A DNA stretch of 64,000 bases, taken from Ascoidea asiatica JCM 7603. Taxonomy: Eukaryota; Fungi; Ascomycota. This document shows positions 9,904 to 21,856 of the stretch, one piece after another. Every line of letters starts with the position of its first letter. Within the stretch, counting starts at the first letter, position 1. The notes under the pieces are model-generated. The model was not told the origin of the DNA. It searched no databases and worked only from the letters and a program-made list of their open reading frames with translations. Location: contig BCKQ01000002.1 of assembly GCA_001600695.1 (NCBI GenBank), positions 2,360,151-2,424,150 on the forward strand. The letters are read 5' to 3'. The translations under genes were made by a program, and so were the position numbers.

Positions 9904-12205
9904 TCAATCAGATCCAAATTTTTTTGCATTAGATGATTTTGAGCTTGATCATCTCTTTGACAATGAAAACAACGATCATAACCCTGTTGACAATATTGAA
10001 CCTAATATAAATGATGAGAACACACCAGTTATTACCGAGGATATGCTTGAAATAGTAAATAATAGGCCAAGTTCAGCGGATCAAGAATTAGAAGTAGGAA
10101 ATAATGAAAATACAGGAAGTGGAGATGATCTAGTTGAAGATTTTTCATTTTCATTATTAGATTTATTTGAGGTCAAAGAAACGTTAGAACAACTATCAGA
10201 TATTCCCAATACTCCACAAAGTAATCAATCAAACAGAAATTCATCTGCCAATAATAGTAGTGAAGGATCAAGCGGGGCTCCATTAGATAATGAACAAGCA
10301 TTTCCAATCCACGATTCAAATAACCAAATAAAAAATCAAATACCAGACTTTCCTGGTAGTTTCCAGAATAACCAATCAAACAGAAATTTATCTGCCAATA
10401 ATAGTAGTGATGGATCAGGTGGTGCTCCATTAGATAATGAACAAGCATTTCCAATCCACCATCTAAATAACCAACTAGAAATTAATCAACCTAATCAAAC
10501 GATGAATGTTGTTTTAAACAATACTTCAGTTCAACAACAAACAAATCAAGGGATTAGTTATAGTATTCAATTATCCAGAATAGATTCATTGGATAATGAT
10601 GCAGATGATGAATCAAACATGGTTGCATTAAATGAAGAACATCTTGATTATCGCAACACAAATAACCAACAAAACAATAATTTAGCTATCAATAATCCTG
10701 TTTCTAATAATCAATTTAATATAAATCCATTTGATCAAGGAACAATAAGTCAATCAGCTAATGATCAAACTGGTTATCAAACAGTGACAACCCAATTGGT
10801 TTATAATTCAATAGATAATATTAATATAATGAATACTAGTCAATCAAACAATAATCCAATAGGAACTAATTTTGCAGGAAACAATTTTGCAGGAAACAAT
10901 TTTGCAGGAAACAATTTCGCAGGAACTAGTTTAACAGGAAATACTTCAGCAGGAACTAATTTTGCAGGAAATAGTTTAACAGGAAATAATCTAGCAGGAA
11001 ATAATCTAACAGGAAATAGTTCAGCAGGAAATAATTTATCAGGAACCAATTTTGCAGGAGCTAATTTAGCAGGAATTAATTTTGTAGGAACTAGTTTAGC
11101 AGGAAATAGTTCAGCAGGAACTAATTTTGCAGGAAATAGTTCAGCAGGAGCTAATTTAGTAGGAAATAATTTAACAGGAAATAATTTTGCAGGAAACAAT
11201 TTTGCAGGAGCTAATTTTGCAGGAACTAATCTAATAAGAAATAGTTTAGCAGGAACTAATTTAACAGGAACTAATTTAACAGGAACTAATTTAACAGGAA
11301 TTAATTTAACAGGAACTAACTTCGTAGGAACTAGTTTAACAGGAAATACTTCAGCAGGAACTAATTTAACAGGAAATAATTTTGCAGGAGCTAGTTTAAC
11401 AGGAAATAACTTAATAGGAAATAATTTAACAGGAATTAATTTGGTAGGAAGTAATTTAACAGGGAATAATTTTGCAGGAAGTAATTTAACAGGAAATAGT
11501 TCAGCAGGAACTAATGTTGCAGGAAATAATCCCCCGGGTTATAATTCACTTAACTCAACAACATTTGGAAACTTTTATCAGATATCTGGTAATATATTAC
11601 CCAGTAGTATAATACGCAGTGGTAATACGAACTTTCAAAGACAAATAAATCCAATTCCAACTATTCCTCTTGTTAATTTTTATACAGCAGCTGAAATTTT
11701 ACGGTTAGAAAACATAAAGAAAGAAGAAGAATTAAGAAAAAAATTAGAGATAATAACAAAAAAAAGTAGTAAACCTTATAGATGTTGTCCTGACTCTGGA
11801 GATATTCAAGATGAATTAGAATTACTTCTCCATTTAGATAAATGTATTTATAAAAGAAATCACAGATATTTTTGTTCAGATAAAACATGTTTTAGAAGCT
11901 TGTTTGGATTTACTCAATCATCAGATACTACCAGACATAAAAATGAAGTTCATATTATTCGTGCAAACAAAATGGCAGAAAAAGCTAAAAGAGAAGCACA
12001 TCAAAGAAATCTTCAAAATCAAGAAGGTCAGAGTAAAAACTTACGTAATAGAATTAATGAAAATGACTTTCTAGAATGTGAATATTGTGGTATTATGTTG
12101 AGTAGAATATATTCACTTACTAGACATTACGCAAAATGCAAAAAAAAAAAAGAAGCTGATAAAGATAATTCTCAAGCTGATAAAGATAATTCTCATGTTG
12201 ACTGA
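9857..12205 (+). CDS. Rme1-like zinc-finger protein with an acidic/Asn-rich N-terminus and a 44-unit pentapeptide repeat
   Basis: C-terminal fingers YRCC...LLHLDKC, YFCSDKTCFRSLFGFTQSSDTTRHKNEVH, LECEYCGIMLSRIYSLTRHYAKC; the HLD...YxCx4C...GF...RH...H layout resembles Rme1 as recalled. Confidence 0.75.
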   Translation: MSFSNNNEPFDEYSKNQSDPNFFALDDFELDHLFDNENNDHNPVDNIEPNINDENTPVITEDMLEIVNNRPSSADQELEVGNNENTGSGDDLVEDFSFSLLDLFEVKETLEQLSDIPNTPQSNQSNRNSSANNSSEGSSGAPLDNEQAFPIHDSNNQIKNQIPDFPGSFQNNQSNRNLSANNSSDGSGGAPLDNEQAFPIHHLNNQLEINQPNQTMNVVLNNTSVQQQTNQGISYSIQLSRIDSLDNDADDESNMVALNEEHLDYRNTNNQQNNNLAINNPVSNNQFNINPFDQGTISQSANDQTGYQTVTTQLVYNSIDNINIMNTSQSNNNPIGTNFAGNNFAGNNFAGNNFAGTSLTGNTSAGTNFAGNSLTGNNLAGNNLTGNSSAGNNLSGTNFAGANLAGINFVGTSLAGNSSAGTNFAGNSSAGANLVGNNLTGNNFAGNNFAGANFAGTNLIRNSLAGTNLTGTNLTGTNLTGINLTGTNFVGTSLTGNTSAGTNLTGNNFAGASLTGNNLIGNNLTGINLVGSNLTGNNFAGSNLTGNSSAGTNVAGNNPPGYNSLNSTTFGNFYQISGNILPSSIIRSGNTNFQRQINPIPTIPLVNFYTAAEILRLENIKKEEELRKKLEIITKKSSKPYRCCPDSGDIQDELELLLHLDKCIYKRNHRYFCSDKTCFRSLFGFTQSSDTTRHKNEVHIIRANKMAEKAKREAHQRNLQNQEGQSKNLRNRINENDFLECEYCGIMLSRIYSLTRHYAKCKKKKEADKDNSQADKDNSHVD
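10222..10475 (+). repeat. 150-bp-period internal duplication (NQSNRNxSANNSSxGSxGAPLDNEQAFPIH x2)
   Basis: Two near-identical ~100 bp blocks starting ~10222 and ~10372. Confidence 0.9.
10865..11524 (+). repeat. 15-bp coding minisatellite, 44 units, consensus [NTA]-N-[LF]-[AT]-G
   Basis: e.g. act aat ttt gca gga / aac aat ttt gca gga / act aat tta aca gga; register unbroken over 660 bp. Confidence 0.97.
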
Positions 12206-13068
12206 GTGAAATGAATAATCTAACACCTTTTGTCTGTTCTTTGAAACCTGTTGATTAATTGCTTGCTGAGTTTTAATCTATTCACTACTAAATAGTTGAT
12301 GCAGGAGAAGCTCCTTAGGTTCCTTAGCTTCCCTAACCATGAACCCCATTAATAGTTTTTTGATTCCTTCTCTAAATAGTCTTTTTTTTATTAGTTTTCT
12401 AAATAGATTTGTAATTGTAACTTTAATATAAAAAAACATTAAAAATTTTGAGTAACTGCTATTGTAATAACTGTAATTGTAGAATGTAATTCTCAAGGTT
12501 TATTGTTATTGTTTATTTCGGTTTTTATTCCCCAACCAGCAGCATGGATTCATTGCAATCAGAGACCAATTATATGGAACATGTTTCCATGCATACATAC
12601 TTTATTTAATGTGCTTGGATGTATATTGATGTTTAAAAGCGTTAGGTGTCACACCCCTGCATATATTGCTTTTGAAAAAATGCACGTGCGTATTTTATTG
12701 ATTATGTAACAATTCTCCGGTGCTGACTCATCTTTTCTGGCTTTTGGTTTGTGGTGAGCATGTGAAAGAAAAGAAGGAAAAGAAGGAAGAGAAAAGAAAA
12801 AGGACCCAACGCCGCCAGAGCCCAATGAATTCAAACTCCAGCAATAAAAGTAAAAGTACCTTTATTTCACTTTAATCAATTAAATAATTCAATCAAATAT
12901 CCAATATCAAATATCAAATATTAATAATATAACTGAATATATTCTTATAAAAGGTTTCAATTCATTCATAATCTTGATTCAGAATCTTTTCTTTTCAATT
13001 CTGTTTTAATATATTATTTACTGCTTTTATTATATCCATGATAATGCTCAATCAATTTTAATCTAAGA

Positions 13069-13132
13069 ATGATTAATTCAACAATAAGTAAATCATCTTC
13101 AAATATATCCCTTAATACATCTCATATAATCA

Positions 13133-13213
<81 letters not shown>

Positions 13214-15606
13214 GTATTTTCAATTCAGAAAATCAATTTCAAAATAAATATCAATATGATTATTCTTATGAATTTAATTGTAATTATAAATTAAATTCAA
13301 ATTTAACATTAGATTCAAAAAGAATCTCAATTTTAAATTTACCAAATGAATTAATTATAAAAATTTTATTAAATTTGAATAAAAATATATTAATTAAAAA
13401 AATTCAATTTTTAAATAAATTCTTCAATGATTTATCAAATGATTTAATTTATAATAAAATTTATATTAATGATTATAAAATTAAAAAATTTTCTTTAAAT
13501 AATATTTATAATAACCCATTTAATAATATTCATAATAATTGGACTTGTTTAAAAAATGATTATCAATTTTCTGATACTTATTTTTTTACTTCTTTTTTAC
13601 CTTTAAAATCTGATATAATCTCAACTTTAAAAAAAATTGAAAATAATAATAATAATATAACAACAACATCAAATTCTTCAATATTATCAAAATCATTATC
13701 AAATAAAAATAAATTGTACTTTTATAATATTAAAAGAATCTTAAATTTCATAAATTCATTAAATAAATTAATCAAATCAATTAATAATTTAAAAAATTTA
13801 AATAGAATCAATTATATATTCTTAGATTGGAATTTTAATTCATTATCTGATGAATCTGATTTATATATTATGAATTTAATTTATAATAATTTCATAAAAC
13901 CATTAAATAAATCAAATTTCAAATCTATTTTTAAATCAAATAATTCTCATTACATTCATTTTAAATTTAAAAATTCAATTATTCAAAAATCATTTATAAA
14001 ATTCTTATCAACAAAAAAATTGAATAATTTTGATTATTATAATAATTTCTTAGAATTAAAATATACTAATGATTATTATATTTGGGATGTTAATTTCAAT
14101 TCTTTAAATTTAAAAAAACTATTATCAAATTCAAAAATGATCAATGATAATAATGATAATAATAATAATAATAATAATAATATTAGTAATAATTCTTATA
14201 ATAAAAATGATTACTCAGGCTTATATTTCAATAAGTTTAAAAAAAAAATATTATCAAATTCAAATAATATAAATAAAATTGATTTACATTTTTTTAATTC
14301 TAAAAATTTCATGCCAAATATTTCATTTTTGATTAAAGTTTTATCTTTTTTAATTCCCTCTAATAATGTTAATGATACAGATTATAATAATAATAATGTT
14401 ATTTTTCCAAATTTAATTGAATTAAATATTTCTATAGATTTTGATAATCCTTTAGATTTTATAAATAATTCAATTTCAATAAAATTCTTTAAAATGTTTA
14501 TAAATTTAAATAATTTAAAAAATTTAAATATTAGCCAATGGTGTTATCATTATGTCAATTGTAATTGTACTCAAAATTGGTTAAATTTTATAAAAAATTT
14601 GAAATTAAATTATAATATAAATTTTTCAAATTTAGAAAAAATTTCCTTAATAAATTTACCAATTTCAAATTTTAATATTTTATCAGAAGTTTATGAATTT
14701 TTATTTAATTTAAAAAATTTAAAGATTTTAAAATTAAATTATAAAGATTTGAATAATCATTATACAAATTTAAATTCATTCAATTCAAATTTAAATTTAA
14801 ATAAAGAATTGCTATTTCAACAGTTTCAAACAGTTTCAAATATTTCAAATAATTTAAATATCTCAAATTTAATTTATATTGACTTAACATTTGATTTCTA
14901 TAAAATTTTATTAAAAGAATTATTTTCTTATCATAAAGTTTCTAATGAGGAAAATAATAATTTAATTAATCTAAATAATAATAGTTTCAATCAAATGAAA
15001 TGTAATTGTAAATATTGTTCATATTTCAATAATGGTTTTTTGAAAATATTAAATTCATTATTAAGAAGAAATAGATCATTATTACCTAATTTATGCACAT
15101 TTATTTTGGGAGTATTAAGTAACTTAAAAAATAACTTTAGAACAAATAATTTATCAAACTTATCAAATTTCTTAGAATTTCCAACTGTCGATTTGACTTT
15201 GGATGTAATTAGTTTCAAGAAAGCCAATTTAAGTAATTTTTATAAAAATAATAATTCCAATATCAATAGAAATAGAAATTTTCTCAAAGAAGAAATTTTG
15301 ATTAAAGAATTGAATAGAAAACTTGATGTGAATTTAATTTTAAAATGTTATTCTCATTCAATTTCTTATAAACCAATTATAAATAAATTAATAAGTAAAG
15401 CACCAAATTTAATGATTTTAGTTATTGATGATTTACCATTAATTATTGATAGAAAGAAACAAATTAATGAATTTAACTTTGATGTTTTATTTAAATTCAA
15501 AAATTATGATGAATGGGAGACTTTAGATTTATCTGATATTCATTCTGATGATTTCAAAAATCAAATTGAATCCTTATACTCCAATATAAAGCCTAACTCT
15601 CTTTGA
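13069..15606 (+). CDS. Divergent F-box protein with LRR-like C-terminal repeats
   Basis: F-box motif ILNLPNELIIKILLNL...NKFFNDLSNDLIYNKIYI; FPNLIELNI, NLKNLNIS, NLKNLKILKL, APNLMILVI repeats. Confidence 0.7.
13134..13210. repeat. (AAT)n microsatellite encoding poly-Asn
   Basis: ~25 perfect AAT units. Confidence 0.95.
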
Positions 15607-16688
15607 TCAATTTTCAAATTGATTTTTATGTTACCTTTTTTTTTACATTTTTTTTTATTGATTTCATATGATTTCAATCCTCATTTTTTCATTTTTTATT
15701 AATTTCATTTACTTCAAATCAAAACCCGTACATTTTCTTGTTTTTCAATTTCAATTTCATTAAACTTTTCAACTTTATTTTACATTTTCATTTTCATTTA
15801 CTTTTTTTTTTATCTTTATGGTTGGTCAAGCAAAGGTCTTTTTTTATCAAGTTTTTCAAATTCACCTTTTGGAAGTAGCATATTTCGATGGATATTTTAA
15901 CTTTCACTTTAATACTATAAAAACAATTTTTTATGTTTTATGAATACATTTTATATGATTTATATTTGACTTGCATCGTGAATTTTATTTGTTTAAGCCC
16001 ACAGAAAGCTTATCTTTGTGGTCAAACTCCAGTTGCTGTTCCGTGACGCAGGGCCGCGCATAAGGAAAAGCTGGATCAGAACCCTGAAGATTCTTTTGAA
16101 GTGTCAATTTTTTGTTTTATTCAATTCACTGAGTAATTATTTACTTTCCAGTTTCCTGATTTCAATTGAGGTTTGGTTTGAAAACTCACAATTACAATAA
16201 TGGAAATTTAAATCATAAGCTTGACGTTAATATTTTACAATTTTGTTTTTATAAAATCTAGATTATTTTTGAGGTATATAACAAACAATCAGAGAATAAG
16301 CTTGAATATATCTCATCAGGTATTCTGAGACATATATAGATCTAACTAGTGTTTAGACGTTCTCAGCTCTTGTTTAATTCGTTTATCTCTAATATTGTTT
16401 TCCTGTTAGTCAAAAGGTTGTATTTAGATTGGTACATTTAGTAATACTTTTCAACTTTTCAACGAAATGCCAACTTTTTTTCTAAAATTCATCAAGCTTC
16501 CAGTTTACTCGCAACAAAAAAATGCAGTTTATCGGTAATTATTTCTTTTAATAATTTGATCATCTTTTTCTAAAATGAATTAAAAGTACTAGTACTTTAT
16601 CTTAAAAACAATTGGAATTTTCATTAATTAACTATTTATAATTAATTATGAAAAAATATAATATACTTTGTTGAAAGGAGAATTTGAA

Positions 16689-18200
16689 TCATCGTTTCAT
16701 ATTACGTAATTGATCATAATTTTCATTTAATAAGATTTGATTTCTTGTAACATAAGTTGCTTCTCTGATTTTAGTTGAATTTGATTTTTTTAAATCTATT
16801 ACACCCATTTCTAAATTTAAATTATTACCTAAACTATTTCTTAATTTATATTTACTTATATGATGATTTGTTGATGGAATTAATAATGAATCTCTTATAG
16901 TTGAATCCAATAAACTATCATTACTCTTCATAGGTTGTAAATCATTAGAATTATTTGAATATGACGTAGATATATTATCTAATTGGAATATATTATTATT
17001 AATCTCATTATTGTTATTATTATTGATAGTATTAGAACTATTATTATTAAGTTTAAATATTGAATTTTTATTTGGATTTGTTATTGGAGAATATGAAGGT
17101 TGTTTTGAAGAATTATAACCGGTATATATTGCAGATAAAGCAGATTGAGGAGGTTGAATTGGATCGTTGAAAGAATGAGATGAAAGATTCAAACTTGAAT
17201 TATTATAAAAATCAGAATTTGTATCAAATGAATTAATACTTTTATTACCGGAATATTCTTTTGAAATTAAATTATTTTGACTATTATAATTATTATTATT
17301 ATCGAAATTCAAAATTGGTAAAGTTGGAGCCATACCTAATCTTGAATTTTCTAATTGAACTTGAATTAAAGATTTATTATGATAATCTCTTGATAATTGA
17401 TTAACTTTATCATTAACATTAACACATATAAATTGTTTTAAAGAATATGTTTTACCATTATCTTTAAATACTTTTAATCTATTATAAACATAAAAAAGAA
17501 ATAATAAACAAGCTATGATAAATTCAGTTATAAAATAAATCCAAATTAAAATTGAAAGACACATTACAGTTAAAACAAAAGCATATTTTTCATTTTCTTT
17601 TAAACCTGATTTAATTAAATTTTTAAAAGTATCAATAAAAGTTCTACCATTATCAGATTTTAAAATTGAAATTAAAGTTAAAGTATTTATAATTTGTCTT
17701 GGAGTATCAGCAAAAATTAATTTTATTGAACCTTTAAAAGTAAAATAACAAAAAAAAGCAGATTTATCGAAAAAACCTTTTTTGGGATAAATTTCATTAT
17801 AAACGCAAAAATATTTATAAGATTTTAAAGACCAAATAAATCTTGAGATTGAATTAATATAAGTTAAAGAAATATTTCTTGTATGATAAGTTTTTATACC
17901 AATAATCCATTCATAAATTAATAAAATTATTGAAAGTAAAATACAACCAGAAAATAACCATCTTGAAACTTGAAAAGGTATTGAAGGTTGAATTTGATCA
18001 TTTGTCCATTTATTAAAGCCTAATAATTGAATACAAGTATAAATATCAGAAGCAAATAAAGCAGTTTTCATAATATATACAAGCCAAGTATATAATAAAG
18101 AAAGCAATGTTGATAATTTATAATTTTTAAATTGATTCAAATCTATTAAATCAAAAGTATTATTATCGATTTTCCATTCCCATGAATCTCTTCCAAACAT
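16689..18200 (-). CDS. KCH1: Kch1/Prm6-family low-affinity K+ transporter
   Basis: ALFASDIYTCIQLLGFNKW, SRWLFSGCILLSIILL, NISLTYIN, YFCVYN, LIFADTPRQIINTLTL match Kch1. Confidence 0.9.
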   Translation of the reverse strand: MFGRDSWEWKIDNNTFDLIDLNQFKNYKLSTLLSLLYTWLVYIMKTALFASDIYTCIQLLGFNKWTNDQIQPSIPFQVSRWLFSGCILLSIILLIYEWIIGIKTYHTRNISLTYINSISRFIWSLKSYKYFCVYNEIYPKKGFFDKSAFFCYFTFKGSIKLIFADTPRQIINTLTLISILKSDNGRTFIDTFKNLIKSGLKENEKYAFVLTVMCLSILIWIYFITEFIIACLLFLFYVYNRLKVFKDNGKTYSLKQFICVNVNDKVNQLSRDYHNKSLIQVQLENSRLGMAPTLPILNFDNNNNYNSQNNLISKEYSGNKSINSFDTNSDFYNNSSLNLSSHSFNDPIQPPQSALSAIYTGYNSSKQPSYSPITNPNKNSIFKLNNNSSNTINNNNNNEINNNIFQLDNISTSYSNNSNDLQPMKSNDSLLDSTIRDSLLIPSTNHHISKYKLRNSLGNNLNLEMGVIDLKKSNSTKIREATYVTRNQILLNENYDQLRNMKR

Positions 18201-19202
18201 CTTTATTGAGTATTATTGTTTTTTTATTATATGAATGTGAATTTGAACGTGAATAAAAATATGAATAAGAACGTATATAAGAATTTGGATAAGAATAAGA
18301 AGAATATAAAAAGGAGGATAAAATATTAAATGAAGAGTAGTGAAATCCTATAATATTCTTATTATATTACTATTGTGTTAATATGATGATTTGTATAAAT
18401 AAAGAAAATATACATAAAAGTTTTCGAATACAAATATATGACTTGTGGGTTATTATTTATAATATCATTTCATTCATTAACACAACTAAAAATGGAATAT
18501 TATTTAATTTCTAATTGATTGAAAAAATATCAAAAATATGATGAATACGTTTTTGTTCATTTGTCGATCTGAACTTTTGAAATAAATTATTTAAGACTCG
18601 AGTAAGTAAATGAGAAGAAGAAAATGATTTGGGAGATATAAATACTTTAGACAAAATTTGAATAATTATCCATTTAATAGGATTGAGAGAAGCAGTGCCA
18701 TTTTGTCAAATACTGTATTTTTTTTTTGCTAAATGTTACTGTTACTGTACTTTGTGGGTGGTGTTCCAGCTCCGTTTCAGAGGCCAAAACGTTACCAATC
18801 TCGAGGAAAGTCCCAAAAGGTTTTTTTCTGGTTTTCGGTGGTTTTTCGCCTGTCACTTGATCCACAAACCAGCCACAGATTGGGGGCCTGTACAAGATGG
18901 CAGCAGCATTGAGAAACTGGTAATGGCTGGTAGGGGCTGATGAGACTATTAATAGACTTTGTCAGCCTTTTTTTTTTACGACTGAGCTGCGCATCTGCTG
19001 TTTGATGCTGCACCGTTGAAGTCTATTTATTTTTAAACAACTACGCATTTTGCGCGTGTTACTTTACAATAAGAAATAAAAATACTATTAGTTAATAACA
19101 AGAATATTTCAATATTTATTCACTAGGTTTTAGCTATTTACTATGTATGCTAACTACAAATAATAATAGATTACTTGAAAGATTGGGATTTTATGATAGT
19201 TT

Positions 19203-19622
19203 TTATTTATGAATATTGGCTTGATTTGGGTGAAATGAAGAACATTTTGCACAAGAATCATAATTATAAAGAGGAGCCTTGAAAGAGTAAACTTGATATG
19301 GGTAATATTTATCTTGATTGAAATGTTTTGGAATATATCTTGGAGGAATAGAATATGCTGAAATATAACAGGCTGGGATAAATCTTTCTGGAATGTATTT
19401 GTTCTGCTTTGGTAAAAAAAAAGCTGGAATATAATGTGATGGTGCATATGCAGCTTTAAAATGTTTTTCTGGAATAAATTCAGATAAACTAATATGATGT
19501 GGGATAAATTTAGGAAAAACCTCTTGTTTAATTAAAACTGTTTTTTTTTGGTAAGGGTTTCTCATTGAAGAAGCATTAGAATAGTTTGGAATATATTCAA
19601 ATCTAACATTTGGAGAAGTCAT
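19203..19622 (-). CDS. Orphan 139-aa protein with [YF]IPxx repeats
   Basis: ATG in AAAAATG context; YIPNY, FIPHH, FIPEK, YAPSH, YIPAF, YIPER, FIPAC, SIPPR, YIPKH. Confidence 0.55.
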   Translation of the reverse strand: MTSPNVRFEYIPNYSNASSMRNPYQKKTVLIKQEVFPKFIPHHISLSEFIPEKHFKAAYAPSHYIPAFFLPKQNKYIPERFIPACYISAYSIPPRYIPKHFNQDKYYPYQVYSFKAPLYNYDSCAKCSSFHPNQANIHK

Positions 19623-20306
19623 TTTTAAATGAATTGTAATTTTTTTAATTGGTTAATTGTTTTGGTTTTAATAATTGTGATATTTTGGATAATAATTATA
19701 ATAATTGTAATAATTAGAATAATTGGAATAAAATAATCAAAAAATTCACTTAACCATCCCATTTATATATTATTTTCCAAATCATATAAATTCTTATATT
19801 TCTAATTATTCTAAAATTTTAAAAGACAATAAAATTTCAAAAAAATTTGGATATTCAGAATTTTTGGAAAAGAATATTATTCTTTCCCCTGAAAATATGC
19901 TTTCTATCATATATCTAAATTAATATTTCTGGTTGAGTATATATATAAATGTGTGGATCTAAATTAAGGTTTAGGTCTTGGTGACAGGTTCAAACAAAAT
20001 TAAAAATAGCCAATAACCCGCAATACTGGCGTCAAGGCCGGATTCGCGGGTTTTCTTTCAGAAATTTTTACTGCCTCAACGCTTGCGAACCGTATTACGC
20101 AGGGTAACCTGAATTAGACTCTCATACAAAATTAATCAACTTTTTCAGTTATTGCCAGGACTGAAACCCAAATAAATAAAGTAACTTCAAATTTAGACTC
20201 AAGTGATTGAAAGAATCTTATAGATTATATATTTTAAATGAAAGCTAGTGATATTATATTAGTTTAAAACATTCAATTTAAAAATAGAAATTAAAATAAA
20301 AAAAAA

Positions 20307-20774
20307 ATGGAATCTATTCAATCTGGATTCACTTCTTTTTTTCAAAGAGATGTTCTAAAAGATGCCTCCCAAGAATATAAACAAAGAAGAAGAAAACAAA
20401 TGATGTTATTTTATGGTGCAACTACTGTAACAATTCTATGTTCAAGACTTGTTGTTCGAGGAATAAATTCAAGAAGATATATACCTAATTTATTTCAAGC
20501 TAATCATTTACCTCCTTCATTTTCTCCTTATAAAGAAGCTATATCTGCTGTTTCCTATGCATCTTTTTTAGCCACAAGTTCATTTTCAATGGCTATTTTT
20601 GGTGGATTTTGGATGTGGGATGTATCGAATTTAAAAGAATTTAGTATAAAAATGAAAAAGTTTGCTGGAGGTGAACTAAAAGAACAAAAATTAGCTATGG
20701 AACCGCTTGATGATATGACAAAACAGATTGAATCGTCAATTAATAGTCTATTAGAAGATGATAAAGCTGAATAA
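20307..20774 (+). CDS. AIM11: Altered inheritance of mitochondria protein 11
   Basis: RRRKQMMLFYGAT, RRYIPNLFQANH.PP.F, EAISAVSYAS, FSMAIFGGFWMWDVS..KEF match Aim11. Confidence 0.88.
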   Translation: MESIQSGFTSFFQRDVLKDASQEYKQRRRKQMMLFYGATTVTILCSRLVVRGINSRRYIPNLFQANHLPPSFSPYKEAISAVSYASFLATSSFSMAIFGGFWMWDVSNLKEFSIKMKKFAGGELKEQKLAMEPLDDMTKQIESSINSLLEDDKAE

Positions 20775-21061
20775 TATATCATTCCAGAAAACTAATAAAT
20801 TAGTCCATATACTGTATATAAATAAAATATATTCATGTACATAAAATACAGCATAATTTCCTGAATCACTTATCTTTTCTAGCTGTAAACCTCCAAATGA
20901 TTGTTTGCAAGTTTTTAGTTTTTAATTCCTTACTACAATAAAATTGAGTTTAGTTCTACAAAGTAATTTCCATCTTTTATTAATTTCTAAACTGATATTT
21001 ATTATTTATATCTATATTTAAACTTATGTCTGTTTTTTTCTTTAATATTTCAATATTCATT

Positions 21062-21856
21062 TCAATATTCATCATCATCAGATATATAGTCATTGTCATA
21101 TTCAAGTTCATCTTCAGTTTCAGTTTCACTTCCACTTTGTATTTCACCTTCAGTTACTTGAAATCCATGAATATTTTCTAAATGTCTTTTAAGACTTTTT
21201 TTAGATTTAAATTTAGCTATTTTTCTAAAACAATTGTCTTGACTACAGCCATATATTCTTTGATTAGATTTTGGACATTTTCTTAAATGATAAAGAAATA
21301 AATATGCTTCTTCAAAATTTTTATCGCAACATATATAACTACGATTATCTTTAAATTCAAGATTTTCAACCAATTTTTTACATTCTTTAATCTCTTTTGG
21401 ATTTCCTACAAAAGTACTACTTGATAGAATAATAGGTGCAGCTGGTATATTTTTAAAATTATCATTTCTAGATTGACTATTTTTAGAAGCTTTAATATCA
21501 TTATTACTTGTAGTATCAATATAATAATTACTACTCTTCAAGGTGGAACTTCTTGGGGTATTTAAATGTCGAGAAACAACTTCTTTAGAATTTATCATAT
21601 TATAGTTATTCAAATTTTTATTCAAATTATTATTCAAACCAATAAAAGTTTGACTTGGCGAATCATCCACACTAGAATCACTAGAATTACTTCCAGGCAA
21701 ATCATCGCTATTCAAATTGTTTTTTTTTACAATGCTATTTTCATTTAATTGACGTTTTTTAGAAAAATCTTTATTCTTTAACTCTTTTAATTTTCTTTTA
21801 GCTTTTTTTTTCTTTGAATATTCATCAAATGGTTCATTATTATTTGAAAAAGACAT
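21062..21856 (-). CDS. Rme1-like zinc-finger protein, short paralogue of 9857-12205
   Basis: Same first 15 aa as 9857; YICC...FLYHLRKC and YGCSQDNCFRKIAKFKSKKSLKRHLENIH fingers; basic NLS-like KKKKAKRKLK; acidic tail. Confidence 0.72.
   Translation of the reverse strand: MSFSNNNEPFDEYSKKKKAKRKLKELKNKDFSKKRQLNENSIVKKNNLNSDDLPGSNSSDSSVDDSPSQTFIGLNNNLNKNLNNYNMINSKEVVSRHLNTPRSSTLKSSNYYIDTTSNNDIKASKNSQSRNDNFKNIPAAPIILSSSTFVGNPKEIKECKKLVENLEFKDNRSYICCDKNFEEAYLFLYHLRKCPKSNQRIYGCSQDNCFRKIAKFKSKKSLKRHLENIHGFQVTEGEIQSGSETETEDELEYDNDYISDDDEY

Noticed and set aside
10840-11199. Antisense (FPAKL)n ORF and other antisense ORFs (e.g. 731-1069, 24202-24558, 27588-27932, 39806-40150)
   Set aside because: Shadows of repeats or of codon bias on the real coding frame
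10865-11524. CRISPR-like array
   Set aside because: Contiguous coding 15-mers with no unique spacers; eukaryotic context
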